In this document: one piece after another, positions 19,572 to 29,607 of the stretch | Numbering within the stretch: the first letter of the stretch is position 1 | Layout: each line of letters begins with the position of its first letter | Assembly (NCBI GenBank): GCA_964386665.1 | Contig: CAYLQP010000002.1 | Span: 64,105 to 128,104, forward strand | Direction of reading: 5' to 3' | Source of the DNA: an uncultured Candidatus Saccharibacteria bacterium | GTDB taxonomy: Bacteria > Patescibacteriota > Minisyncoccia > Phycocordibacterales > CAIRYW01 | Length of the DNA stretch: 64,000 bases | Notes under the pieces: generated by a model | The model's input: the letters and a program-made list of their open reading frames with translations, nothing else | Databases searched by the model: none | What the model was told of the DNA's origin: nothing | Made by a program: the position numbers and the translations under genes

Positions 19572-21518
19572 ATGCATCATAAAAAACCTTCAAACAAAAA
19601 ACTACAAACCCATACTGGGCTCATTAGTATCAACTCAAAAGGAGTTGGTTTTGTCGCCCTCGATGACAAGAAAAACGACATAGAAATCAAGACGGAACGA
19701 CTCAACACCGCTTTGCACAACGATACAGTGACCATTACCCTCCTTCCAGAACGTATTGCAGGGCGTGCCCAAGGAGAAGTCGTATCTGTCGTCTCACGAA
19801 ACAAAGATCGATTTGTAGGAACTATCCATAAGGATGGCGACGTGTTTTTCCTTGCACCTGATGATTCACGTATGTATGTCGATATCATCATTAACCAAGC
19901 AAACCTTGGTACCGCAACTGAAGGTCAAAAAGTGCAAATTGCACTTTTCCCGTGGACAAACCCGAAGGAAAATCCTGAAGGAAAAGTCATCCAAGTGATC
20001 GGAAACAAAGGAGAACATAATACTGAGATGCATTCCATTGTGCTTGAAAAAGGATTTGAAATCGAGTTCCCAGACGAAGTAATGAAAGAAGCAGAAAAGA
20101 TCAAAGCAAATGCAAAACAAGATCTCGAAGCAGAGCTCAAAGTTCGCAAAGATATGCGAAGCACCCTTACGTTCACTATCGACCCAATAGACGCAAAAGA
20201 CTTTGATGATGCGATTTCGTTTAAAGCACTCGAAGGAGACCTTGTGGAAGTAGGAGTGCATATTGCTGATGTATCACACTTCGTGCGACCTCATACTGCA
20301 CTCGATACTGAGGCACTCAAACGTGCTACCTCAGTATATCTAGTGGACAGAACTATCCCAATGCTTCCTGAAATTCTCTCAAACGATCTCTGTAGTCTAA
20401 ACCCCAACGAAGACAAACTCGCCTTCTCTGCTATTTTTCACATCAACAAAAAAACTGCAGAAGTGAAAGAAAGATGGTTCGGCAAAACAGTGATTAACTC
20501 AAACCGCCGTTTTACCTATGAAGATGCGCAAGAAGGAATTACAAAAGGTACAGGAGAACACGCGGAAGTACTCCAAACAATCAACAATCTTGCGAAGGTG
20601 TTTCAAGCACAGAAACTTGCAAGTGGAGCAATTGACTTCGATCAAGAAGAAGTGAAGTTCAAACTCGACGAAAATGGAAGTCCACTTGAAGTCTACAAAA
20701 AAGAACGACTCGATGCTCACAAACTTGTAGAAGAATTTATGCTTCTTGCGAACCGAGAAGTTGCGTTCGCACTCTTTGAAGCAAGCAAAAACAAACAAGG
20801 TCTTGTTGGTCTCTATCGAATCCATAATCAACCAGAAGCCGAAAAGATCCAAAACCTCGCACTGTTTTTGAAAGCCTTGGGACATACTCTCCCAATACAC
20901 AAAGGTAAGATTGATTCAAAGGATATAAATATCCTTCTCAAAAAAATCGAAGGCTCTGCCGCTGAAGCACTCATCAAAACAGCGACCATCCGTTCTATGG
21001 CAAAAGCAGTCTACTCACCGACAAATTCGGGGCACTTTGGACTTGCCTTCACATACTACACACACTTTACTTCCCCTATCAGACGTTATCCTGACCTTGT
21101 GGTCCATCGAATACTTGAAATCCATTTGAAGGATCTGAAGGTTACCAAAGACGAGTTTGCAAAGATTCACAAGATTGCCGAGATGTGCAGTGAGCGTGAA
21201 GTCCGCGCCGCAGAAGCAGAACGAGCAAGTATCAAGATGAAACAAGTTGAATATATGGCAAAAAGGATTGGACAAGTATTTGATGGCTCAATTTCAGGAG
21301 TAACCGAATGGGGTATCTATGTAGAAGAAATAAATACCAAATGCGAAGGAATGATTCGACTCAAGGATATCACTGGTGACTTCTTCAACCTCGATCAAAA
21401 GAACTATCGAATCATTGGAGACAAAACCAAAAAGACATATTCTCTAGGAGACAAAGTAAAGTTCAAAGTCCTTCGGGCTGATATCGAGCGAAAGACGTTG
21501 GATTATGGGTTGGTTTAA
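19572..21518 (+). CDS. rnr: Ribonuclease R
   Basis: TIDPIDAKDFDDA, VHIADVSH, HFGLA..YTHFTSPIRRYPDL, C-terminal S1 domain. Confidence 0.95.
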   Translation: MHHKKPSNKKLQTHTGLISINSKGVGFVALDDKKNDIEIKTERLNTALHNDTVTITLLPERIAGRAQGEVVSVVSRNKDRFVGTIHKDGDVFFLAPDDSRMYVDIIINQANLGTATEGQKVQIALFPWTNPKENPEGKVIQVIGNKGEHNTEMHSIVLEKGFEIEFPDEVMKEAEKIKANAKQDLEAELKVRKDMRSTLTFTIDPIDAKDFDDAISFKALEGDLVEVGVHIADVSHFVRPHTALDTEALKRATSVYLVDRTIPMLPEILSNDLCSLNPNEDKLAFSAIFHINKKTAEVKERWFGKTVINSNRRFTYEDAQEGITKGTGEHAEVLQTINNLAKVFQAQKLASGAIDFDQEEVKFKLDENGSPLEVYKKERLDAHKLVEEFMLLANREVAFALFEASKNKQGLVGLYRIHNQPEAEKIQNLALFLKALGHTLPIHKGKIDSKDINILLKKIEGSAAEALIKTATIRSMAKAVYSPTNSGHFGLAFTYYTHFTSPIRRYPDLVVHRILEIHLKDLKVTKDEFAKIHKIAEMCSEREVRAAEAERASIKMKQVEYMAKRIGQVFDGSISGVTEWGIYVEEINTKCEGMIRLKDITGDFFNLDQKNYRIIGDKTKKTYSLGDKVKFKVLRADIERKTLDYGLV

Positions 21519-21572
21519 AGAGAGCTCTCCTCCAAAACTACATTTTTTACATCTTATTAAAAATATGTATGT

Positions 21573-22493
21573 TTATAGATCATCCTCATCTTGATTCAAA
21601 AACTGCATCATAGAAAAATGCAGATCAGTTAATTTTAGACTTAAATTAAACTCAAGACTTTTCTGATCGTCGCTATCTTTGGGAACACGATCAAATAATT
21701 GATCCTCATTTATCCTAAATGTTGAAGCATCAATACCAAATCGGTCATAAAGTGCGGTTCGACTCCAATAATTTTCTTCACTAATTTCACTTATTAAATC
21801 ACAAGTTGATTCTAAAACATTGCGTGGTATGTTATCAAATGTATCAACAATTTGTCTATCAGATAGACCAAACATAAAATTCAAAACCTTTCTTGCATTT
21901 GCATAATAATCAATAGATCGTTCTCGTGCAATCTGGTCTAAATCTTTATGTAAATGTCTCATAGATTGAAATAGACCGCTATCAAGTCGAGGATCAGGTT
22001 TTTCGGGTTTTTCTGAGAGTGACATCTCAGCTCTTAAAAGATCAACTAATTCTCCTTGTTGTTTTGATCGAGGTGTTCGAGTCTCTTGTCGTTCATCTTG
22101 AAATTTCTGAGCAAATACAAACTGTGCACTTAAAATAGCATCGGAAACACTGATTAACTCTTCGTTAGTAAGAGCTTCAAGAGTAGTATTGTATTTATTT
22201 GGCTGAATTACTGCCCTATCAGCCACTCCAGCCATAAATATTATATCTGCTTTTTTGTCAGGGTCCGTTTCTTTTGTAGCAGCATCCCTCAAATTATTTT
22301 TATCAAAACCTCGTAATAAAATAAGGGCTCGTGCTGTTTCTAAGGCAGATTGAAACTCTGGTTTTAATTCAAATTGTCCACCTTTTTCATTAAATAGAAA
22401 ACTTGGCTCTGCTAACATATCACCATCACGACGCCGAACAGAAAATTCTGGTAATCTTTCATTGGGATTTGAAAAAGGATTTTCTTCTGACAT
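21573..22493 (-). CDS. Hypothetical acidic orphan protein
   Basis: 306-aa ORF directly downstream of smc; no motif recognised. Confidence 0.7.
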   Translation of the reverse strand: MSEENPFSNPNERLPEFSVRRRDGDMLAEPSFLFNEKGGQFELKPEFQSALETARALILLRGFDKNNLRDAATKETDPDKKADIIFMAGVADRAVIQPNKYNTTLEALTNEELISVSDAILSAQFVFAQKFQDERQETRTPRSKQQGELVDLLRAEMSLSEKPEKPDPRLDSGLFQSMRHLHKDLDQIARERSIDYYANARKVLNFMFGLSDRQIVDTFDNIPRNVLESTCDLISEISEENYWSRTALYDRFGIDASTFRINEDQLFDRVPKDSDDQKSLEFNLSLKLTDLHFSMMQFLNQDEDDL

Positions 22494-22497
22494 AAAT

Positions 22498-24729
22498 TTA
22501 TTTGGCCACCGCTTCCGCTTCGTTAAATGAAATTGAAAGAAGTTTACTTGTTGCGTCTTTGCCCATAGTTACTCCATATAGCACCCCAGCGCGACTCATT
22601 GTTTCTCTATTATGAGTGATTACGATAAGTTCTGAATGTTTTGCCAAGTTTTCTACCATATCACCGTATTTTCGACTATTTGCTTCATCGAGCGCTGCAT
22701 CAGTTTCATCGAGAATTACAAATGGTGGTGGATTTACCTGAGAGATTGCAAAAAGAAGCGCGATTGACGTCAACGCTCGCTCTCCTCCTGAGAGCATCAT
22801 AAGTCCTTTGATCTTTTTGTGTGGGAGCGACACTTCTATTTCGATTCCCTCTTCGAGTTCTGCAACTCCTTCTTCGAGACCTTCGAGATCATCTTTTTTG
22901 CGTCGTTTTTCTTGGCGTACTACTTTAAGTGACGCGTGTCCTCCACCAAACATAAGTCCGAAGTATTCACTAAATACATCGTTTATTTTTTTGACCCCTT
23001 CTTTAAACTCAATATCGAGTTTTTCAGTGAGTTCTTTTATAAGCACTTCTAAGTCTTCTTTTGCCTTTGCAAGATCAAGAAGCTCCTGTGCCAAGAATAC
23101 GTCTCGGTCCTCGGTATCTTTGAATTCTTTTTTGATATCATCTCCACCAGCGATTCCCATTTCTTCGAGACGGATTTTGAGGCGTTCGAGTTGTTTCTTT
23201 CGTTCCATTTGGACACTTCGAACTGTTGAACCTTCATCAAGCTCTACTCCTTCAAACTTTAGTGCTTCTACGCCAACAAGTGCACCAACTTCTTGAATAT
23301 CGTTTTTGAGACTTTCATTATCAAATTGCAATTGTCTTTCTTCACTCTTGAGACGGTCTAACTCGCTATGTAATTCATTTTGTTTTGCAACAATCACAAA
23401 CACCTGCTTTTCCGCTTCTCTTGTTTCGTCTTTGGCTTTTTCGATTTCGATTCGTTTTTGTTCATACTGCGAAAGCAACGATTTCTCTTCTTGTTTTTCT
23501 TGTTCGATTTGGCTTTCAATAAGCTCCTTTTGTTTTGCAAGAGACAAAAGCTCCGCTTCAAAGAGATCAATTTTGTTCGACTCAGTAACATCTTTGTTCC
23601 TAAGCACGAACTCTCGAAACGCATTTTGAATCGATGCAACCGCTTCTTTGAGTGACTCAAGCGTTGAAAGACTCAGTCCCTTTGAAGCAATCTCGGCAAT
23701 ATGTCGTTCCAAGTGCACCACTTCTTTGAAATTGATTGTCTTGTTTTCTTCTTCTTTTTGCAAAGATTCTTCTCGCTCAATCGCCTTTTTTGTATACGAA
23801 ATCTCCCCTTCAATCTTTCCAAGATCACGCAGTGTTGTGTCTTTACGATGTCTCACTGCTTCGAGGTTTTTTTCGAGCGCAACAATTTCTGGAGTATTAC
23901 TTCCCTCTTTTGCTTCGCGTTCAATTCGCTCCTTCGCACGTCGCAGTTCATTATCTAGTTCAAGAAGCTTTGCTTGCGGAATCTGTTTTTTCTGGTTTAC
24001 CAGTGTTTGGTTTGAGGTAACATAAAACGTTTCTTGTCGAAAATACGTTTTCGCAAGTGCAGTGAGTTCATTTTTGAGTTCATCGGCTTTTTCAAGCTTT
24101 TCGACTTGTCGACGCAAAAACTTCAAATGAGGAGCGATTTCCCGTCGTAGTGACTCAACTTGTTTGATATTATCCTCTGTTCTATTGAGTTTCTTTTCAC
24201 TTTCTTCTTTTTTGTATTGATAGATTTTGATTCCAAGCGCGTCTTCAATCATTTCTCGACGTTCCTTTGGGTTGGCGTGCAAGATCCTGTCAGCTTCTCC
24301 TTGAGAAATGATGTGATGTCCTGATGCACCAATGTTTGCTCCTGCAAGAAGTTCCAAGATATCCTTGAGACGAACCTTACTGCCGTTAATTGCGTATTCA
24401 TTTCCACCATCTCGAAACACCACTCGTTCGATAGAAACTTCGTCAAAATCAACATTAAAGATTTTTGACTTGTTATCAAAAACTAATTTGACTCCCGCCC
24501 TGTTACCTCGAGGGGTTTCATTTGAGCCGTTAAAGATAAGGTCTTCACCTTTTTTCCCTCGCATACTCTTAAGCGATTGCTCTCCGAGCACAAACCGAAA
24601 GGCTTCTGCAACGTTACTCTTCCCACTTCCATTAGGCCCTACAATAGCCGTAATTGACGTAGTAAAATCAAGCGTCGTTTTCTTGCCAAACGACTTAAAT
24701 CCGTTTATTTCGAGCGCTTTAAGTGACAT
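22498..24729 (-). CDS. smc: SMC-family chromosome segregation ATPase (short form)
   Basis: GFKSF, GPNGSGKSN, IISQG, LSGGE, LDETDAALD, ITH; start ATG 24729 after TAAAAT. Confidence 0.88.
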   Translation of the reverse strand: MSLKALEINGFKSFGKKTTLDFTTSITAIVGPNGSGKSNVAEAFRFVLGEQSLKSMRGKKGEDLIFNGSNETPRGNRAGVKLVFDNKSKIFNVDFDEVSIERVVFRDGGNEYAINGSKVRLKDILELLAGANIGASGHHIISQGEADRILHANPKERREMIEDALGIKIYQYKKEESEKKLNRTEDNIKQVESLRREIAPHLKFLRRQVEKLEKADELKNELTALAKTYFRQETFYVTSNQTLVNQKKQIPQAKLLELDNELRRAKERIEREAKEGSNTPEIVALEKNLEAVRHRKDTTLRDLGKIEGEISYTKKAIEREESLQKEEENKTINFKEVVHLERHIAEIASKGLSLSTLESLKEAVASIQNAFREFVLRNKDVTESNKIDLFEAELLSLAKQKELIESQIEQEKQEEKSLLSQYEQKRIEIEKAKDETREAEKQVFVIVAKQNELHSELDRLKSEERQLQFDNESLKNDIQEVGALVGVEALKFEGVELDEGSTVRSVQMERKKQLERLKIRLEEMGIAGGDDIKKEFKDTEDRDVFLAQELLDLAKAKEDLEVLIKELTEKLDIEFKEGVKKINDVFSEYFGLMFGGGHASLKVVRQEKRRKKDDLEGLEEGVAELEEGIEIEVSLPHKKIKGLMMLSGGERALTSIALLFAISQVNPPPFVILDETDAALDEANSRKYGDMVENLAKHSELIVITHNRETMSRAGVLYGVTMGKDATSKLLSISFNEAEAVAK

Positions 24730-24799
24730 AGACAAATTTTACCATACAAAGATTCTTTTAAACAATTGTTTTTTTGATAGAAATTGATACTCTAAAAGA

Positions 24800-24973
24800 A
24801 TGAAAAATAAGTTCCTTTTAGAAAAAAAGACAGTGGGAGAAATCCTATTAGGTATCGCAACGATATCTATTATCCTAGGGTTTATTATAACCCCCTGGTT
24901 CTTTGTGGCCAGTGTCTTGCTAGGCCCCGTCGGTTTTTTACTTTTAGTTTTTGATGACAAACCTCCGTCTTGA
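24800..24973 (+). CDS. 57-aa two-TM orphan peptide (not in ORF track)
   Basis: MKNKFLLEKKTVGEILLGIATISIILGFIITPWFFVASVLLGPVGFLLLVFDDKPPS*; TGaTACTCT extended -10 six nt upstream; stop codon lies in a terminator loop. Confidence 0.7.
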   Translation: MKNKFLLEKKTVGEILLGIATISIILGFIITPWFFVASVLLGPVGFLLLVFDDKPPS

Positions 24974-24988
24974 TATGGAGGTTTTTTT
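24959..24988 (+). terminator. Intrinsic terminator with TGA in its loop
   Basis: AAACCTCCGT-CTTGAT-ATGGAGGTTTTTTT. Confidence 0.75.
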
Positions 24989-26060
24989 ATTCCTCCTCTG
25001 GCTTATCGATTCTTTCAAACTCAACACCAATTGAGTCTTGCTTCTTAGAAAGTCGGACAATATCTTTGTCTATTTTTTTGAATTCTTTTGATGACTCGTT
25101 GTAGTGATTGACTACCGTACTTATCGACTTACCGAGCTTGTCTTGTACTTCGGCATATTTCTTAAGATGCAAAGTAAGTTCCCCTACCCGTTTAACGATG
25201 TCTTTTGCCTCTTCTTCGATTTGCATTGCCTTGAGACCTTGAAGCACTGTTTGAAGGTACGCCAAGAAAGAAGTTGGGGAAACAATAATTACTTTGTATT
25301 TTGAAGCAGCGCGTTGAATGAGGTTTTCGGTTTCTTCTTTGAGGGCGCCGATTTTGTTGATAAGGAGATCGTAATAAATCGCTTCGTGTGGAATAAACAT
25401 AAAAGCAAAATCCATTGTTCCAAGAGTTGGTTCTATGTATTTAGATGTTTCGACAATTCGGTTTTTGAGATCATTTACAAACAGTTTTTCGAGGCGCTCT
25501 TTTTCTACTGGATCTCGCTCTTCAACAATCTTGTTATAATTTTCGAGACTGAATTTTGAATCAACAGGGATAATCTTGTCTTTCACAAACACCACCGCAT
25601 CTGGGATAAGATCATCTCCGTTCTCACTTCGCCCAAGCTTGTACTGCATCTCGAAGCTTCCTGGAGGCATTACGTTTTTGAGAAGTGTTTCGAGATAATA
25701 TTCCCCGAGAATTCCCCGTTGTTTTGGATTCTTCAACATATCTTGAAGCCCTTGTAGTTGGTCAGCAAACGATACCACCTGCCTATTGGTCTCATCAAGT
25801 TTAGTAAGACGCTCCGTAACATCTTGGATAATTTTTATAGATTGGTTGCTTTGATGTCTTATGTTTTCTTGCATCTCTTTGGTGCTTTCACCGATCTTTT
25901 GATCAACCGTTCGGCTGATTTCATTGAGTTGTGTCAAAATAAGCTGGAGTCCTGCCCCATCTTCTTTCTTGTCTTCTTTTTTATTACGAAGCAAAAACCA
26001 AATAACCAAGGTGTTGAGCCCGAGCGCAAGAATAATCACCAAAATTATTGAAAGATTCAT
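24987..26060 (-). CDS. rmuC: DNA recombination protein RmuC
   Basis: N-terminal TM, NPKQRGILGE..LE, PDAVV, DSKF, T.DFA.MFIP.E, SPTS; start MNLSII. Confidence 0.92.
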   Translation of the reverse strand: MNLSIILVIILALGLNTLVIWFLLRNKKEDKKEDGAGLQLILTQLNEISRTVDQKIGESTKEMQENIRHQSNQSIKIIQDVTERLTKLDETNRQVVSFADQLQGLQDMLKNPKQRGILGEYYLETLLKNVMPPGSFEMQYKLGRSENGDDLIPDAVVFVKDKIIPVDSKFSLENYNKIVEERDPVEKERLEKLFVNDLKNRIVETSKYIEPTLGTMDFAFMFIPHEAIYYDLLINKIGALKEETENLIQRAASKYKVIIVSPTSFLAYLQTVLQGLKAMQIEEEAKDIVKRVGELTLHLKKYAEVQDKLGKSISTVVNHYNESSKEFKKIDKDIVRLSKKQDSIGVEFERIDKPEEE

Positions 26061-26182
26061 ATTTTTTATTATAACAAAATTCACCTTATCTGCATACAAA
26101 TGAATATCCATTAGTTTAGTTACCCGACCGCTAAATATCTAAAACTTTTTTCTTGTCATTTTTGGGCTATAATAGATACATT

Positions 26183-26632
26183 ATGCAAAACACAATAAGA
26201 GAAAAAATTAAAGAAGCGATGCTTGCCAAAGACCAATTAGCACTTGCAGTCTTTCGTGGTATTTTATCAAGTTTTACAAACGAGCTTGTATCAAAAGGCA
26301 AAACACCACAAGACACGCTTGCTGATGAAGAATGTATGACGGTCATCAAACGTCTTGCTAAACAACGCAAAGATTCTATCGAACAATTTACAAACGGTGG
26401 ACGTCCTGAACTCGCTGAAGCAGAAAAGAAAGAACTCGATCTTCTTGAAACACTTCTTCCTGCCACAATGAGTATTGATGACATCAAAACAATTGCCGAA
26501 AAGAAAAAACAAGAACTTCAAATTGTCGACAAATCAAAAATGGGGCTTCTAATGGGCGCAGTAATCAAAGAAACAAAAGGTAATGCAGATGGTGCTGATG
26601 TAAAGAGTGTTGTTGAAAGTTTGTTTGAGTAA
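26183..26632 (+). CDS. GatB/YqeY domain protein
   Basis: KEAMLAKD, KQRKDSIEQF..GGR.ELA..E..E, MG..MG, ADG..V. Confidence 0.92.
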   Translation: MQNTIREKIKEAMLAKDQLALAVFRGILSSFTNELVSKGKTPQDTLADEECMTVIKRLAKQRKDSIEQFTNGGRPELAEAEKKELDLLETLLPATMSIDDIKTIAEKKKQELQIVDKSKMGLLMGAVIKETKGNADGADVKSVVESLFE

Positions 26633-26634
26633 TT

Positions 26635-26674
26635 AAAAAAAACCGCGAAGGCCTCTGGCCTTCGCGGTTTTTTT
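26635..26674. terminator. Bidirectional terminator
   Basis: A8-CCGCGAAGGCC-TCT-GGCCTTCGCGG-T7. Confidence 0.9.
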
Positions 26675-26686
26675 AGTCTTTAATCT

Positions 26687-29167
26687 TTAAGCTCCGTGAC
26701 ACTTCTTGTACTTCTTCCCACTTCCACAAGGACAAGGATCGTTTCGTCCTACTTCCGCTTCTTTTACAATTGGTTTTGGAGCATTCTCTACCGTCGTCTT
26801 TGAGTTCGATTGGACAAGCGGTGAAGGTGCTGCTTGATGTACTTCAACCACCTCTTTTACATCTTCAGTTTTTTCCCGGAGCGTGATACTTGGTATTGTC
26901 TTAAAGATACTATCAATAATCGAGAGTTCCATTTCTTTAAACAACCGAAGTCCTTCTTTTTTGTATTCAACAAGCGGATCTCGTTGCCCGTATGCACGCA
27001 AGTTTACCGATCCTCGGAGATAATCCATCATTTCAAGGTGATCCATCCAGAACAAGTCGATTGTTTGTAGAATAAGAGAACGTGATGCAATAAGGAATGT
27101 TTCTCTTCCAAGCTCTTGCAGTTTCAAGTTAATGACTTGCTTGAACTCATCATCTCCAAAACTCATTTGCTCGAGTTCAAGTTCGATTGTATCAAGATCT
27201 CCTAAAAGAACCTTTCGTCGTCTTTCATAGATTACTTTTCGCTGATGGTTAAGGACGTCATCAAATTCAAGAATATGTTTTCTTGAATCAAAGTGGAATC
27301 CTTCAATTCGGTTTTGAGCTGTTTCAAGAGAACGAGTGATAATACGGTTTTCGATTGCTTCATCTTCTGGAATATTGAGTTTTGCCATCATTGATTTCAA
27401 CATATCGTTTGCAAATACGCGCATCAAATCATCTTCAAGAGACACAAAAAACTGTGTTGTTCCTGGATCTCCCTGTCGTCCACTTCGCCCTCGAAGTTGG
27501 TTATCAATTCGTCTTGCTTCATGTCGTTCGGTTCCAAGCACAAACAATCCTCCAAGTTTTTTTATTTCTTCAGCTTTTTCTTCTGTGAAAGGCATCCCTC
27601 CAAGCTTAATATCAACTCCTCGTCCTGCCATATTGGTTGCGATAGTGACCGCACCTTTTCGTCCAGCTTCAGCAATAATCTCCCCTTCTTTTTCGTGGTT
27701 CTTGGCATTGAGGACCTGATGAGGCACACCTTCTCGAGTAAGGTACAAAGAGAGTAATTCGTTCTTTTCGATTGATACCGTTCCGATAAGTACTGGTTGC
27801 CCTTTACTATGTAGTTCTTTTACTTCACGCGCGATTGCTTTAAATTTTCCTTGTTCAGTTCGAAAGATGAGATCGTTTTTATCGATTCGTTCGATATGTT
27901 TGTGAGTTGGGATTACAAGCGTATCAAGTCCGTACACTTTGTAGAACTCTTCCTTACTCGTCTCTGCTGTTCCAGTCATCCCCGCAAGCTTCTTATAGAG
28001 TCTAAAATAGTTCTGATATGTAATTGATGCGTATGTTCGAGACTCTTCTTGAATAGCAACTCCTTCTTTTGCTTCAACCGCCTGATGAAGTCCTTCTGAC
28101 CAACGTCTTCCTGGTTGCATTCGTCCCGTAAACTCATCAACAATAATCACTTCACCATTTTGTACAACATATGATTTATCTTTTTGAAAAAGTGCCTTTG
28201 CACGAACCGCTGTTTCAAGATGGTGCACATACTTAATACCTCCTTCGGTATACATATTGTCTACCCCAAGGGCCTTTTCAGCTTTTTCAATTCCTTTTTC
28301 AGTCAAAGTAATTGCTCGGCGTTTTTCATCTACCATAAAATCTTCTTCAATGTTTAGATCTCCTGCAATTCGTGCGAACATTTGATACAGTTTTTCTGAC
28401 TTTGCCGATGGAGCAGAAATAATAAGCGGAGTTCTTGCCTCATCAATAAGAATTGAGTCGACTTCGTCCACAATTGCAAAATTGAATGGACGCTGTCTCA
28501 GTTCACTTGAACGTTGTGCAATATTGTCTCGCAAATAATCAAACCCAAACTCACTATTTGTTCCATATGTAATATCTGCTTCATAAGCCTCCTTTCTGGT
28601 ACACGGTCGGAGAAATTCATACATCACTTTGTATGAAGCAACTTCATCTTTTGTTCCATCAAGTTCTTTGTGTGTTGGATCAAACAAAAACGAACTGTCG
28701 TGGTTAATAACTGAAGTCACAATCCCCAAGAATGAAAAGAGTTCTCCCATCCACACCGCATCTCGACGTGAGAGATAGTCGTTTACAGTAACAAGATGTA
28801 CCCCAAGACCGGTAAGAGCATTCAAATACAACGGAAGCGTTGCAACCAATGTCTTTCCTTCTCCTGTACGCATCTCAGACACTCTTCCTTGGTGAAGAGC
28901 AATTCCTCCAACAAGCTGAACATCGAAGTGACGCATCTTTAATGTTCGCTTAGATGCTTCACGCACCACTGCAAAGGCTTCTGGCAAGATATCATCAAGA
29001 GTGCTCCCTGAAGCAAGCTTATCTTTGAAATAAGGAGTTTTTGCTTGAAGCGCTTCGTTTGAAAGAGTTTGCAAATCTTTCTCGAAAGCATTAATCTGCA
29101 ATACTATTTTTTGTATTTTTTGAAGGTCTTTTTTGTTTTGGTCGCCAAATATTGATGTAAGAAACAT
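26687..29167 (-). CDS. secA: Preprotein translocase subunit SecA
   Basis: [52 protein letters not shown] motif [19 protein letters not shown]. Confidence 0.98.
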   Translation of the reverse strand: MFLTSIFGDQNKKDLQKIQKIVLQINAFEKDLQTLSNEALQAKTPYFKDKLASGSTLDDILPEAFAVVREASKRTLKMRHFDVQLVGGIALHQGRVSEMRTGEGKTLVATLPLYLNALTGLGVHLVTVNDYLSRRDAVWMGELFSFLGIVTSVINHDSSFLFDPTHKELDGTKDEVASYKVMYEFLRPCTRKEAYEADITYGTNSEFGFDYLRDNIAQRSSELRQRPFNFAIVDEVDSILIDEARTPLIISAPSAKSEKLYQMFARIAGDLNIEEDFMVDEKRRAITLTEKGIEKAEKALGVDNMYTEGGIKYVHHLETAVRAKALFQKDKSYVVQNGEVIIVDEFTGRMQPGRRWSEGLHQAVEAKEGVAIQEESRTYASITYQNYFRLYKKLAGMTGTAETSKEEFYKVYGLDTLVIPTHKHIERIDKNDLIFRTEQGKFKAIAREVKELHSKGQPVLIGTVSIEKNELLSLYLTREGVPHQVLNAKNHEKEGEIIAEAGRKGAVTIATNMAGRGVDIKLGGMPFTEEKAEEIKKLGGLFVLGTERHEARRIDNQLRGRSGRQGDPGTTQFFVSLEDDLMRVFANDMLKSMMAKLNIPEDEAIENRIITRSLETAQNRIEGFHFDSRKHILEFDDVLNHQRKVIYERRRKVLLGDLDTIELELEQMSFGDDEFKQVINLKLQELGRETFLIASRSLILQTIDLFWMDHLEMMDYLRGSVNLRAYGQRDPLVEYKKEGLRLFKEMELSIIDSIFKTIPSITLREKTEDVKEVVEVHQAAPSPLVQSNSKTTVENAPKPIVKEAEVGRNDPCPCGSGKKYKKCHGA

Positions 29168-29207
29168 AAAGGCTATTTTAGCACAAAACAGAGAAATATA
29201 AAGACAA

Positions 29208-29241
29208 AAGAAAACCTCTCGCGTAAGCGAGAGGTTTTCTT
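29208..29241 (-). terminator. Terminator of the histone-like peptide gene
   Basis: AAGAAAACCTCTCGC-GTAA-GCGAGAGGTTTTCTT. Confidence 0.85.
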
Positions 29242-29248
29242 CAAAAGA

Positions 29249-29347
29249 CTATTTTCGAGCCTTTTTTGCAGCTTTCTTTGCTGGTTTCTTAGCAGCAGCC
29301 TTTTTCTTAGGAGCAGCTTTTTTTGCAGCTTTCTTTTTTGCAGCCAT
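29249..29347 (-). CDS. 32-aa Lys/Ala-rich histone H1-like basic peptide (not in ORF track)
   Basis: MAAKKKAAKKAAPKKKAAAKKPAKKAAKKARK*, followed by a strong terminator. Confidence 0.85.
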   Translation of the reverse strand: MAAKKKAAKKAAPKKKAAAKKPAKKAAKKARK

Positions 29348-29516
29348 GTTTTTTATTGCGAAATCTTTTCAAAATGTTTGGTGTGAAAAGATTTCAAAAA
29401 AATTATTTTTTTAAGGTACCTTAAGTAAAAATAATTTCGACCGAAAAAATTTTTCTTAAGTTATGATTAAATTATCTCAATAAAAAAAATAAAAACAAAT
29501 TTTTTTTCAAAAAAAT

Positions 29517-29525
29517 TGTGGATAA
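29517..29525 (-). promoter_or_regulatory. Perfect DnaA box in an extremely AT-rich intergenic stretch
   Basis: TGTGGATAA, i.e. TTATCCACA on the - strand. Confidence 0.5.
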
Positions 29526-29607
29526 CTTTTTTTATTTTTATTTTTTTAAAAAAATAAATATAATATTTTTTAAAAAATGTTTTTTATTTTAAAAAATAAA
29601 CATCTCT

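Noticed and set aside
29480-29600. Possible oriC (AT-rich stretch plus DnaA box)
   Set aside because: Only one perfect DnaA box, no dnaA/dnaN nearby, and no change in gene orientation across the site.
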